Origin: Thermoplasmatales archaeon SW_10_69_26
GTDB taxonomy: Archaea > Thermoplasmatota > SW-10-69-26
Reading direction: 5' to 3'
Assembly: GCA_003009755.1 (NCBI GenBank)
Contig: PXUB01000022.1
Location: 1-64,000, forward strand
DNA length: 64,000 nt
The notes under the pieces were generated by a model. It made no database searches and had not been told where the DNA came from. It saw only the letters and a program-made list of their open reading frames with translations. Both the position numbers and the translations under genes were made by a program. Positions within the stretch are counted from its first letter, which is position 1. The number at the start of each line of letters is the position of its first letter. Below, one piece after another: positions 1-10,800 of the stretch.

Positions 1-233
1 GGTTCGAGCAAGCGTTAAGCTCGTTGGTCTCGGCCAAGCCGGTGCGGTGGGAGGGGTTGGTCAGCGGGGTGAACTGAGACAGCTACACACCCTCCCCCTT
101 CGGGCATTCCTTCGTCTCGGCTCCGCGCTTTCACCGCCTGAGGGCGGCGAGAGCCTAACCCAAGCATCGCCGGCAGTCTAGGCAACCGCCGAGGAACGGG
201 TCCAACGGTCCGCCGGTCCTTCCGTCGGGCCCC

Positions 234-1859
234 TCAGCGTTCGATGACGTCGGGTTCGATCGCCTCGGACAGGTCCCAGGGCTCGGGCGCCGGCATCGGG
301 GCCTCGTCGTCGTAGGCGAACGTGACCAGGCCCTGGTCGCCGGCGGAGCCGACGAGCGTGCCGTCGGGCTGGCCCAGCACCTCCTCGAAGGTGGGGGCCC
401 AGCGGCCCGGCTCGGCCGGCTCGGCGGGACCATCGCGGTCCGGCAAGAACACGCCCTCCGAGTCTAGGGCGAGCACGCCGTCCTCTTCGGGTGGGCCGTC
501 GGCCAGCGGGGACAGATCGACCGCCCAGACGCCGCCGTGGTACATCGAGACGAACAGCGTCTCGTCGACGACGGTGAGGTAGTGGTTGCTGAACTGGAAG
601 GTGCCGTTCCAGTTGACCTGGGCGGGTAGCGTCCAGGCGCCCACCGGTTCGGGCTCGGTCGGGTCGGTGGTGTCCATGACCCAGATGACGCCCGTCGGGG
701 CGCCTTCGGGGTGGCCGGCGTGCTCGGGGCCGATCACCGTGTAGTGGGTGCCGTTCCACAGCTCCTCGAGCGGGTAGGCGCTGTGCAGCGTGCCCTCCTC
801 GGCCGGCGTCGCCGAACCCTCGACCTCCCAGCGGCCCAGCTCCTCGGGGTTCTCGGGGTTGGACATGTCCAGCGTCGTGAACCGGTCGCCACCGGCCAGG
901 TAGGCGATCTTCTCGTCCGTCTTCGGGTGGATCTTCATGCGGCCGTCGTGACCGCGCGGGCCCAGCTGGGCTCCGTCGTCGTCGGGCAGGCGCTTCCACG
1001 TCGCGACGTGCTCGGCGTGGCCGCGGTCGGCCAGATCCTCGATCCGGTAGAACTGGTAAGCGGAGAAGCTGTTCTCCGACAGCTCGGGCACGCCCATGAC
1101 GGGCACGCGCGTCGTCGTGACCATCGCCCAGTTCGTGCCGTCGATGTTGCGCGTGTAGACGCTGTGTCCGCTGCCGGCCAGCGGCTGCTGCTCCTCGATC
1201 ACCGGCTCCTCGGGATCGGAGATGTCGACGACGAGGAGGCTCATCGGGCGCGGGACGGGATCGTCGGTCTCATCCTGCTCGCCGGCGCTCCACACCGGGT
1301 TCACGGGCTCGTCGGTGCACGGCGAGTTCCAGGCGATGCCCTCGTGGCGGCGCTCGTCGGTGCCCGGGACGACGTCGAGCTGGTCCTCGCGCGCCTCGCT
1401 CGTCACCAGCACGACGTGCTCGCCGTCGGGGACGACGGCCAGGTCGTAGATCCTCGTCGTCTGCATCACGAGCTCGCCGAGGTTCTCGATGTCGGTCGGG
1501 TCGGTGACGTCGGCGATCGTGAACCCGACCTGGCTGCGGGATTCGAACACGGCCAGCCGCCGGTCGTCGTCCACGGGCTTGGCGTCGCCGCAGAAGTACG
1601 AGCCGGCCGGCTGCCCGTAGTAGCTGGAGTTCAGCTGATCGTAGCCCAGCACATCGAAGTTCGGCGTGGACAGGTTCGCGTGGTCGGTCGGATCGGTGTG
1701 GTCGTGCGAGGGGCCGAACGCCAGCGCCTGCTCGTGCCAGATCGGCACCGGCTCGTCCTGCTCGGTCGATGCCTCGCTCAACTCGTCGCTCCCGATGCAG
1801 CCCGCGAAGCCCATCGCGAGCATGAGCGCTGCCAGTGCAACGGCGCCAAGCCTACCCAT
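234..1859 (-). CDS. LVIVD-repeat beta-propeller lipoprotein
   Basis: ATG at 1859 gives a signal peptide ending in lipobox FAGC. Repeated LLVVDISDP / IADVTDP / VMDTTDP motifs. Acidic composition. Confidence 0.7.
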   Translation of the reverse strand: MGRLGAVALAALMLAMGFAGCIGSDELSEASTEQDEPVPIWHEQALAFGPSHDHTDPTDHANLSTPNFDVLGYDQLNSSYYGQPAGSYFCGDAKPVDDDRRLAVFESRSQVGFTIADVTDPTDIENLGELVMQTTRIYDLAVVPDGEHVVLVTSEAREDQLDVVPGTDERRHEGIAWNSPCTDEPVNPVWSAGEQDETDDPVPRPMSLLVVDISDPEEPVIEEQQPLAGSGHSVYTRNIDGTNWAMVTTTRVPVMGVPELSENSFSAYQFYRIEDLADRGHAEHVATWKRLPDDDGAQLGPRGHDGRMKIHPKTDEKIAYLAGGDRFTTLDMSNPENPEELGRWEVEGSATPAEEGTLHSAYPLEELWNGTHYTVIGPEHAGHPEGAPTGVIWVMDTTDPTEPEPVGAWTLPAQVNWNGTFQFSNHYLTVVDETLFVSMYHGGVWAVDLSPLADGPPEEDGVLALDSEGVFLPDRDGPAEPAEPGRWAPTFEEVLGQPDGTLVGSAGDQGLVTFAYDDEAPMPAPEPWDLSEAIEPDVIER

Positions 1860-1986
1860 CGACCCCCGAGGAGACCTCGCCGGTGAAAAAGGTGTGGGCG
1901 ACACTTCCCGGGGGAAGAACCGCTACACGGTCGCGGTTGACAGAACACGCAGAGGAGCCCAGATGCAGGGCAGCAGACCCGGTGCA

Positions 1987-3852
1987 CTACATGCTCTCGG
2001 GCGCGTCGATCCCGAGCAGCGCCAGAGCGTTGGCCAGCACCTGCCGGGTCGCGTCGACGAGCGCCAGCCGGGCCTCGCGCAGCTCGGGCGAGCCGGCCTC
2101 CAGCACGGGGCAATCGCGGTAGAACTTGTTGAGGTCCTGCGCCGTCTCCACGGCGTAGGCGGTGACCGGGTGGACCTTGCGGTCGTCGGCGCACTCGCGG
2201 ACCAAGCTGGGCAGCTGAGCCAGCCGGCGGACGAGCTGGATCTCGCTGTCGTGCATCAACGCTGTGAGATCGCCCGCGGGAGCCTGGCCAGGGTCGAGGC
2301 CGGCCTTCTCGAGGATGCCGCACGTGCGAGCGTGGCTGTACTGGACGAAGGGGGCGGTGGAGCCCTCGAAGTTCAGCGCCTTCTCCCAGCTGAACTCGAT
2401 CGGCTTCTCCGACTGGACGCTGACGACGTTGAACCGAAGGGCGGCGGGTCCGACGAGGTCGGCGATCTCCTCCATGCGCGCCTCGGACAGCTCCTCGCCG
2501 CGGCGCTCGCGCACCTCGGCCAGGGCTCGGGTCCGCGACTCCTCGAGCAGGTCGTCGAGGTAGACGACGCGGCCCGAGCGCGTGCTCATCGAGCCCTCGG
2601 GCAGGGACACGAAGTTGTAGAACACGACGTCGAGGGGGACCTCGATGCCGAGCGCGGACAGGGCCGCCTGGATCTCCGTCGCGTGGAGCTTGTGATCCTC
2701 GCCGAGCACGTCCACGAGCTCGTCGGCTCGCTCGAGCTTGTCGAGGTGGTAGGCGACGTCGCGGGTCCCGTACAGGGTCGTGCCGTCGCCGCGCGTGATG
2801 AACATCTGCGGCTTGTCGGTGTCGACGCCCAGCTGCTCCATGTCGAGGTACTCGGCGCCGTCCTCGGTCTGGCAGGCATCCAGCTCGCGCAGGTCCGCGA
2901 GCACGCGCTCGACGCTGCCGTCCAGCACGAGCTCGGACTCGAACACGACGTTGTCGTGGTGGACGTTGGCGTCCTCCAGCGAGGAGCGGATGCCCTTCAT
3001 CGCCCAGGTGACGATCTGCCGGAACTCGGTCGCCGTCTCCTCGTCGTCGGCCTCGAAGGCCTGGATCAGGTCGGCGATCTCGTCCTCGGGGTCGCGGTCG
3101 GGCAGCGCCCGTCCCTGGTCGTGCAGTTCGAGCGCGCGGTTGGCCGCCTGGTAGTACTGGACGAGCAGGCGGTCGAGCTTGCCCGCCTCGTCCGGGCCCG
3201 GGTCGAGCACGCGTTTCGATGCGGCATCGCGAGGCTGGGCGAGCAGGTCGAAGCTGAACGCCTCGGCCTCGTCGGGGTCGAGCTCGTAAGCGTCGCCGCG
3301 GAGGTCGACGTTCTTGGCGCCCCAGACCAGCGTGGCGGCTTGCCGACCCATGTCGTTGACGTAGTACTCGGCGACGACGTGGTGGCCGGCGGCGCGCAGC
3401 AGGCGCACGATCGAGTCGGCCAGCAACGGGTTGCGGGCCCGACCCACGTGCAGGGGGCCGGTCGGGTTCGCCGAGGTGTGCTCGACGAGCACGCTGGATC
3501 CGCGCTCGGGCAGCTCGCCGTAACCGGCCGAGCGCTCGCGCACGCTGTCCAGCGTGGTGGTCACGAGCGCCTCCGGCTCGACGTCGAAGTTGAGGTAGGG
3601 ACCCTCGGCCCGGACCGTCATCTCGTCGGTGGGCGGGAGAGCGTCCTCGAGGTTCTCGGCGATGTCGGCGGGCGCCGCCTGGGCCTGGCTGGCGAAGGCG
3701 TGGCAGGGGAAGGCGAAGTCCGCCAGCTCGGCGTCGGGCTCCTCGACGAGGTGATCGATCTCCTCGGCGATGCCGTAGGCTGCGTGCAGGGCCTCGCAGG
3801 TCCAGGCGATCGCCTCGTCGCGGAAGCTGCCCCACGGATCGGGCTCGACCAT
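1987..3852 (-). CDS. argS: Arginine--tRNA ligase
   Basis: EHTSANPTGPLHVGRARN (HIGH region), EYYVNDMGRQ, SMSTRSG (KMSK-like), PFVQYSHAR, C-terminal LLGIDAPESM. Confidence 0.97.
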   Translation of the reverse strand: MVEPDPWGSFRDEAIAWTCEALHAAYGIAEEIDHLVEEPDAELADFAFPCHAFASQAQAAPADIAENLEDALPPTDEMTVRAEGPYLNFDVEPEALVTTTLDSVRERSAGYGELPERGSSVLVEHTSANPTGPLHVGRARNPLLADSIVRLLRAAGHHVVAEYYVNDMGRQAATLVWGAKNVDLRGDAYELDPDEAEAFSFDLLAQPRDAASKRVLDPGPDEAGKLDRLLVQYYQAANRALELHDQGRALPDRDPEDEIADLIQAFEADDEETATEFRQIVTWAMKGIRSSLEDANVHHDNVVFESELVLDGSVERVLADLRELDACQTEDGAEYLDMEQLGVDTDKPQMFITRGDGTTLYGTRDVAYHLDKLERADELVDVLGEDHKLHATEIQAALSALGIEVPLDVVFYNFVSLPEGSMSTRSGRVVYLDDLLEESRTRALAEVRERRGEELSEARMEEIADLVGPAALRFNVVSVQSEKPIEFSWEKALNFEGSTAPFVQYSHARTCGILEKAGLDPGQAPAGDLTALMHDSEIQLVRRLAQLPSLVRECADDRKVHPVTAYAVETAQDLNKFYRDCPVLEAGSPELREARLALVDATRQVLANALALLGIDAPESM

Positions 3853-3915
3853 CGCTTCCGGCAGGCCCCGCCCAGGGTTAAACGGTTGGGCCGAGGGCCA
3901 AGCGCGGGCCTGGCC

Positions 3916-4509
3916 TCACTCGTCCCGCCAGGGTAGGTCGTAGGCCTCCGCCAGCGCCTGCGCCCACTCGGCGAGGATCTCGGTCGGATGGTACTCGACG
4001 GCGCGCCCGAGGCGGAGCCGTTCGACGAGGTCGCGCTCCAACAGGGAGCGCAGGTGGTGTTGGACGGTGACCTTCGTGAGGTTCAAGGCGTCGGCGATCG
4101 CCTGGCTCGAGCAGCCCGGGTGCTGGGCGACGTGAACGCCGACCAGGCGTACGGGCTCCCGGCCGAAGAGGATGCGCGTGGCTTCCTCCTGCCACAGGTG
4201 CTCGTCGCCCTGGACGAAGCACAGCACCTCGCGACCCTGGGGACCGTCGACGGTCCGCACCAGGCCCCTCTCCTCGAGGCGTTCGAGGTGGAAGGTGACG
4301 AGGCTGCTGCGCACGCCCAGCCGGTCGCTGAGCTGGTTTTTGTTCTGTCCGGGCGTCCTGCGTAGGGCCTGGACGATCGCTCGCCGGGTCTCGTCCTTCA
4401 AGAGGACGGACTGGATCTCGGTCAGATCCCGGTCCGACGAGCGCTCGCGCTCGAACCGCGAGCTCGTGGCCTGGCATTGGGTTGACCGCGAGCGGACCTT
4501 CTCAGCCAT
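3916..4509 (-). CDS. Tandem winged-HTH (ArsR-like) transcriptional regulator
   Basis: Two wHTH units (TPG..NQLSDRLGV..VTFHLERLE; HPG..QAIADALNL..TVQHHLRSL). Overlaps the stop of the upstream gene. Confidence 0.8.
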   Translation of the reverse strand: MAEKVRSRSTQCQATSSRFERERSSDRDLTEIQSVLLKDETRRAIVQALRRTPGQNKNQLSDRLGVRSSLVTFHLERLEERGLVRTVDGPQGREVLCFVQGDEHLWQEEATRILFGREPVRLVGVHVAQHPGCSSQAIADALNLTKVTVQHHLRSLLERDLVERLRLGRAVEYHPTEILAEWAQALAEAYDLPWRDE

Positions 4510-6049
4510 GGCTCGTCCCTCCCCGGCCGCTTGCGCCTGTGCGCGGGTCCTGGGCCCAACCGCCGAGGTCGAGCAGATCGCGCAGATCCCGGGCTTGCGT
4601 GGGCGCGGTGCACGAGAGCTCGGCCAGAGCCCGGCGAGCTCTCGCCCGCTGGCCGGCCTCGACTGCGGCGGCGACCTCGACCTCCATCATGTCCACCGGG
4701 AGCGCAGGCAGCGATCGCTCGGCCGCCGCCAGCTCCGCAAGCGCCTCACCGTGCCGGTCGGCCTCGTGCAGGCACAGCGCTCGGCCGTACCAGCCGCGGA
4801 CCCGCTCAGGGTCGAGCCGGCGCAACCGGCCATAGAGGGTGGCCGCCCGATCGAAGGCACGGTCGTCCTCGGCCTCGATCGCGGCCCGCTTCCACCGCTC
4901 GTACAGGTGCTCGCGCACGGTGGCCGGCAGGAGGGCGACCAACCGCCAGCGCGCCAGGTACGCCAAGCACGCCATCGCGCTCGTGAGCAACAGCCCGCCG
5001 AGCCACGGCGTCGCAGCCTCGCCGTCGGTCGCCGTTTGCGCCGCGATCGCGGGTCCCTGGGCCACGGTGAACGTGTCGGAGCTTTCGGCCTCGACCACTG
5101 GGCCGCCCGCCTGTCCGGGATCGATCTCGGAGGTGAACGCCCCGTCGCCGGCCAGGCTCAGGGCCGAGCCGCCGAGGTCGACGGTGCCCTGCGGCGAGAA
5201 GAGCGACCCCTGGGGCGCATCGGCCTCCACCGAACCATCCACCTGCGTGGTCATCGAGGAGGCGTAGACCGAACCGCCGGTCAGCAGGGACAGGCTCCCT
5301 CCGCGGATCGTGACGGTGACGACCCGCATCTCGTACTGGGAGGTCGGGCCGGGCTGATCCGTGTGGCGGTGGCCCGCCCAGGTCGACCAGGTCTCGCCGT
5401 CGGCCGTCTCGACCGTCAAGGTCGCGTTGTTGTAGAAAAGCTCGACGGTGCCCTCCACCTGTGCCTGATCGAGCTCCCGGTGTTCGACGAGCGGGTCCGA
5501 GAGACGGTAGACGTATGACGGGTAGGATTGTTCGTCGCCGAGGCCCTCGGCGGCCTCGGAGTACCCGCCCTGCGCGAGCAGGGTGCCAGCCGGGACCGCG
5601 AGTTGGCTGGAGACCCCAGCATCCTCGCCGGTCACCTCGGCGCGGGCGGACGGCTCGGTGAAGATCTGCCCGCCGGCCGAGCGGGGCTCGCCGATCTCGG
5701 CCTCGACGTCCGAGAAGGATCGATGGATCCGCTCGCGGTCCTCGATGATGTGCGTTTCGTGGCCCGTCGGGCTCTTCGTGGCGATCCCGACCTCTCGCGT
5801 GAGGGTCACCTCGAGCCGATCGGCCGAGATCTCGGCGCCCGATCCGACCGACCAGGTCGCGCCGAGGCCGCCCGAACCGGTGACGGTGGTCTTCCCGCCG
5901 ACGTCGATCGGCTCGTGGGTCCACAGATCCCACGCGGTGGTGCGCGGAGCCTCGGCCTGAGCCGGTGCTCCGGCGAGGACGAGAAAACCCAAGATGACGA
6001 TCGCCAGCCCTGTGCGCAGCGGTCCTCCCAGTCGTGCCACGGTATCCAA
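4502..6049 (-). CDS. Signal-peptide membrane protein with C-terminal TPR repeats
   Basis: N-terminal signal peptide (AQA), beta-rich ectodomain, TM helix WLGGLLLTSAMACLAYL, TPR-like GWYGRALCLHEADRHGEAL. Confidence 0.65.
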   Translation of the reverse strand: MDTVARLGGPLRTGLAIVILGFLVLAGAPAQAEAPRTTAWDLWTHEPIDVGGKTTVTGSGGLGATWSVGSGAEISADRLEVTLTREVGIATKSPTGHETHIIEDRERIHRSFSDVEAEIGEPRSAGGQIFTEPSARAEVTGEDAGVSSQLAVPAGTLLAQGGYSEAAEGLGDEQSYPSYVYRLSDPLVEHRELDQAQVEGTVELFYNNATLTVETADGETWSTWAGHRHTDQPGPTSQYEMRVVTVTIRGGSLSLLTGGSVYASSMTTQVDGSVEADAPQGSLFSPQGTVDLGGSALSLAGDGAFTSEIDPGQAGGPVVEAESSDTFTVAQGPAIAAQTATDGEAATPWLGGLLLTSAMACLAYLARWRLVALLPATVREHLYERWKRAAIEAEDDRAFDRAATLYGRLRRLDPERVRGWYGRALCLHEADRHGEALAELAAAERSLPALPVDMMEVEVAAAVEAGQRARARRALAELSCTAPTQARDLRDLLDLGGWAQDPRTGASGRGGTSHG

Positions 6050-6190
6050 CGATGACCATCAGGGACCTAAACCCCTCGGCTGGCCGGATCCCGAGACGAG
6101 AGAGCCTCAAGGCTGTCGGCGTACTAGCTGAGATCGGGCCAGATGGACCGAGGAAAAGACTGAAGCGACGGATTATCCATCGAACTGTTG

Positions 6191-7768
6191 ATGGCGCCGG
6201 CCTGGGAGGCGGGAGCCCTCGCCGCGATGGCTCTCATCCAGTTCGCCGTAGGCTACTGGTGGTGGAAGGGACCCCACCTGAAGGGAACCCGGTATTGGAT
6301 TGGCGGTCTGTTTGCCCTCAACGGGATTTCGAGCGCCCGCAAATCCCTCATGCTCCTGCCCGGGATCGAGTCCACCGTCCTAGACGTTATCGGAGCCCTT
6401 TCCGACAAGTGGACCAACTTCTTCCTGTTCGGCTTCGTCCTCCTCGTACTGGCACGAAAGCGGAATCTCCCCTCCCGTTTGTTGCTGTCTGCCGTCGGAG
6501 TCCTGATGGCCGTGGCAAGCCCGTTCTTCTTTTGGGACGGACTGAGTTCAGCAGCCTCGTTTCCTCAGGCCAGCAGTATGATGCACTTAGTGCTGAACCT
6601 GGCCATCATCGTGGGCGCAGTCGCGCTCGCCCAAGAGGCGCAAACGACCTCAGAAGGCCAGGATGCGATCTGGCTTTTCGCCCTGAGCGTGATCGGATTC
6701 CGATTCGCAGAGCTCAGCGCCTGGCTCGTTGGGGTCGATCTACTCGTGGATCTCCGTCAAGGCTTACCGGGCCTGGCCTCGAGCCTGCTTCAGACGGCTA
6801 CCCTTCCCGCCTTGCTCATCGGGTTCGCTATCGTCGTGCGGGAAAGGTTCCGGACCACCGCGAGTCGGGATCATACGCTATTCGATATCAGCCTCCTCCT
6901 TCTCCTTGCGGGGTTCCTGTTCGGGTTCGCGAGGGCGATCTCGACCGGGAGGAGCTTTGCGGTCTTCTTCTCGATCGGGCTCGTCCGTCCTGCGGGCTTC
7001 CTGGTCACGCAGTGGAAGCTTGCTGATCGCCCGTTCCGCGACACGGCCCAGTGGCGCCAGCTCCGGCTCGGAGGCGCCGCTCTTTGCGGCGCTATCCTGG
7101 CTGTTCCCCTGGCCTCTCCCTTCGGCATGGGAACGGGTGGGACCGTGATCCTCGGCCTCACGCTGGCGGTCTTCGGTCTCGGCCTCGTCCGGTCTCTATG
7201 GTTTTCACGAGGGCCAGCGGCGGTTTCGGACTCCAACCCGACCCCGGAGGGCGACTGGCCTGTCGATCCCGAGAACGTCGCACTCCCGCAGGATTGGAAG
7301 GAGCAGTTCACGGAGAACCTGGCCGCTTTCGGGGACCTGCCGGAACCCGTCCAAGACGGTCTCGATCGGCTCTCACGATGGCAGCGCCTGGTCCTAGCCC
7401 TTTACGCGGCGCCCGAATCCGACCGCCTTCCCCCGTACGAACGGACTACACCGGGGCTGCACTTTCTGACCCACTGTCCGTACCCAAGCATCGGCGCGGA
7501 GATCGCGCGAACCAACGAGCGGTGGACAAAGATCCTCGAGGAGTTAGGGATCGACACCCCCTCCGCCCGCTCTCCCTCCGAAACCCCCCTCATCGAGTCC
7601 ACGACAGGGCGGGCGGAGGGGCTCGACAGTCCCAGGGCCAAAGCCTACCACCTGACCCCCTTGGGCAAGCGAGTCGCCAAGCGACTGGTCGAGGAGAACG
7701 GGTTCGGCACGTTGAACGTCGAGAGGCTCAGGCGCGTCATCGGCGAGGGGTACGCGGACAACACGTAG
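6191..7768 (+). CDS. Polytopic membrane protein with probable C-terminal winged-helix domain
   Basis: About 10 hydrophobic segments, then a soluble tail ending KAYHLTPLGKRVA (wHTH wing-like). Confidence 0.6.
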   Translation: MAPAWEAGALAAMALIQFAVGYWWWKGPHLKGTRYWIGGLFALNGISSARKSLMLLPGIESTVLDVIGALSDKWTNFFLFGFVLLVLARKRNLPSRLLLSAVGVLMAVASPFFFWDGLSSAASFPQASSMMHLVLNLAIIVGAVALAQEAQTTSEGQDAIWLFALSVIGFRFAELSAWLVGVDLLVDLRQGLPGLASSLLQTATLPALLIGFAIVVRERFRTTASRDHTLFDISLLLLLAGFLFGFARAISTGRSFAVFFSIGLVRPAGFLVTQWKLADRPFRDTAQWRQLRLGGAALCGAILAVPLASPFGMGTGGTVILGLTLAVFGLGLVRSLWFSRGPAAVSDSNPTPEGDWPVDPENVALPQDWKEQFTENLAAFGDLPEPVQDGLDRLSRWQRLVLALYAAPESDRLPPYERTTPGLHFLTHCPYPSIGAEIARTNERWTKILEELGIDTPSARSPSETPLIESTTGRAEGLDSPRAKAYHLTPLGKRVAKRLVEENGFGTLNVERLRRVIGEGYADNT

Positions 7769-7868
7769 TGACGCGGCCACTTCTGGCTTCTCAGGCCGTT
7801 CACCTTTCACTACCTTGCAATCCAACTTAGGCGAGTTTTGAAACCTCTAACCGCGGACTCTGGTCTCG

Positions 7869-10800
7869 ATGACAGTCAGCCGATTGAGCGATGGACTTCC
7901 GACAGCCCCGAACGTCATAGTTTGTTTCATGGCCATGGTCGGTCTATCATTGGTTCTGTGGGCTCCGGGAGCGGAAGCCTCGGCTCAATTTCAGATCCAC
8001 ACGATTGCAGACGGCCTGGACGCTGCTTTTTCCGTTGACACCGGAGATATGGATGGAGATGGCGCGACTGATGTAGTCGTCGCGGAACGAGACTCTGATG
8101 CCATCCGATGGTACGAGAATGACGGTGGAGGGTCATCTACCGAGCACACCGTCACTTCTGACCTGACGAAAGCCAGGTCGGTGTCAGTCGCCGAGATCAA
8201 TGGAGACACTCACCCTGACGTGGTGGGAGTCTCCCGGGAAGACAACCTGGTGAATTGGTACAGAAACGACGGTGGAGGGTCATTTACAGAGCATACAATT
8301 TCAACCGCTCCCGACGAGCCCAAGTCAGTGGCTACTGGCGATGTGGACGAAGATGGAGATATCGATGCCCTAAGTGCATCGCGAGATGACAGTCGAATCG
8401 CCTGGTATGAAAACGATGGCAGCGGCTCCTTTGAGGCTCATACCATCACCACGGACGCCGATGGAGGGACATCGGTGACGACGGCAGATGTCGATTCAGA
8501 CGGGGATACCGACATTCTTAGCTCTTCCAAATTAGATAACCGGATCGCTTGGTACGAGAACGACGGCTCCGAATCCTTCACAACTCACACCGTCACGTCC
8601 GAGGCGAGTCACGCCAAAGACGTCACTACAGCAGATGTCAATTCTGACGGTCACCTGGATATCCTCTCTGCCGCCTCCGATGACAACGAAGTTACATGGT
8701 ACGAAAATGATGGAACCGAGTCATTCTCCACTCAGATAATCACAACCGAAGCGGAGAATGCGAATACAGTTCGCGCCACTGATATGGACAGGGACGGGGA
8801 TGTCGATGTCCTGAGCGCGTCCAACCAGGACGATACGGTCGCACTCTATGAGAACGATGGTTCTGAGTCCTTTACCACGCACATCCTCGACTCTAACCAG
8901 GAGAGCGTCAACGACTTGGCTTTGGTCGATTTGGAGGAAGAGGGGGACGTGGATGTCTTCGCACCCCCCGACGGACAAGTGACCTGGTTCGAGAATACCG
9001 TTTCGGCAAAGTTGCCGGATACCCCGCGAAACTTCGCAGTCGAACCCGGCCCCGATCCCACGGACATCGCCACGACCTGGGACCCGCCGGAAGACACGGT
9101 GTCGGTCCCGCTTGACCACTACAACATCTACCGTGGCAAGTCCAGCGACGGGCTCTCCAAGGTTACCGAAACCACGGACTCATCCTACCCCGACACGGAT
9201 CTGGACTGCTCGACCACGTACTACTACGAGGTCACCGCGGTCAACGAGGACGGTTTAGAAAGCGAACCCACGGATACGAAAAGCATCACCATCGACTGCT
9301 CTCCCACACCGCCGCGAAACCTGGACCTGGAACCCGGGATGCGGATGAATGCAATGAAGCTCTGGTGGACGGAACCCCAAGATAGTGGCTCAGCCCCTAT
9401 TGACCAGTACCCTGTTTATCGGAAGATCGGGGACAACCCGTTCGCGAAAGTCGGGACCGCTGAGGAGACATCCTTCATGGACAAGGGGTTGGAGTGTGAC
9501 CAGACCTACCACTACCACGTCACAGCAGTGAATGAGGATGGGTTCGAGAGCGAGCCCTCTGCCTCGACAACCACCCAGGAGTCCACCGCGAGCCTGGACA
9601 TTCCATGGGCGCCTGAAAACCCGAACTACGCACCATCCGCTCCCGCAACGCCGACCCTGGGGTACGAGGATTCCGCCAGTGCGGCAGAATTGAGCGAGTG
9701 TCCGGGTGAGGACAAGATGGTGGAGTTTTCGATTGACTCGGGCGCGTTCGACCATTACGACGCGGTGGACGCGAACACCGTCCCGCTGAACTTGGACTTG
9801 AACGCGCATCTCCGCATTCCCAGCGGGAACGTGACCTGGAACGATACGCCCCGGGACGTGGCCACGGTCCAGATCAACGACTCGGAGGAATGGACCACGC
9901 TGGAGACGCTAGACGCGAGGCCCGAAGACCCGAATCAGTCCACCACTGCCTGGAACGTGACCCGGCAGGATGTTCGCGTGCCGACGGAGTTCTTGTCGGA
10001 CGGCGAGAACGAGTTCCGGGTCGTTTTCGAGGACTTCCCCGAGGAGAACAAGACTGGGTGGAATGGGACCGTGGATGCGGCCCGGTTGGACTTGGTTGCC
10101 CCACCGACGTTCATTCTGCATGGGTGGGATGCGAGCCCAAACGCGGCGTTGACATGGAACAATGAAGACCAGCAATCGGACTGCGCTCAACGCCTGGACC
10201 TCAATGGATTAGCCCAGTGGCAGTGTGATTTGCACAACAAGCTCCTCATCCGTAGTTTGGCCGCTTTCGGGCAAAACCCGTGGACGTGGGCTGCCGACGA
10301 GGACCAATCATCGAGAGCCGCGATGCCGTTGTTCGGATACAACCCCAAGCAGGGTATCAACCAGACGGTCGCCGACTTGCACGAGAATGTGACCCAGCGG
10401 CTGGATCGCTTGGACTGGAACGGTCAGGCCAGCTTCGTCGGCCACAGCATGGGCGGATTGGTATCGCGAACTTATAGCGTGTCTGATTGCCCATCAAGTC
10501 CCAGGCTCCCGACATGTCCGCTTGCGAGTGACGGGACGGACTTCCGTGCCAACCGCATCGTCACGCTTGGGACACCTCACTTGGGCTCGCAGCTTGCCGA
10601 TATTTATACCTGTCAGCCAGAGCAGCTACCTTTCGGGATAGCGAACCACGACTATAGCTGGGGCCCCGCTGACTCGGATGCCGCACTGTTAGACTACCAA
10701 GAGGACAACGTGCTCCCGACAAGCGACTGCGGATGGCACGACTACTATGCCAGTGGGTTTGCGTATGATTCCCATTGCAGTGTGTTCGGCTGCGATATTC

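Noticed and set aside
40-200. SRP RNA, RNase P RNA or TPP riboswitch assignment
   Set aside because: Only short partial motifs (GGTTAGGC, CTGAGA). SRP helix 8, RNase P P4 and the TPP CCTGAT motifs are not seen.
1530-1560. GGATTCGAAC, the reverse complement of a tRNA T-loop
   Set aside because: Lies inside the LVIVD CDS (AVFESR) and no cloverleaf can be built.
8100-8990. TGGTAYGARAAYGAYGG recurring about every 147 bp
   Set aside because: Coding FG-GAP repeats (WYENDG), not CRISPR.
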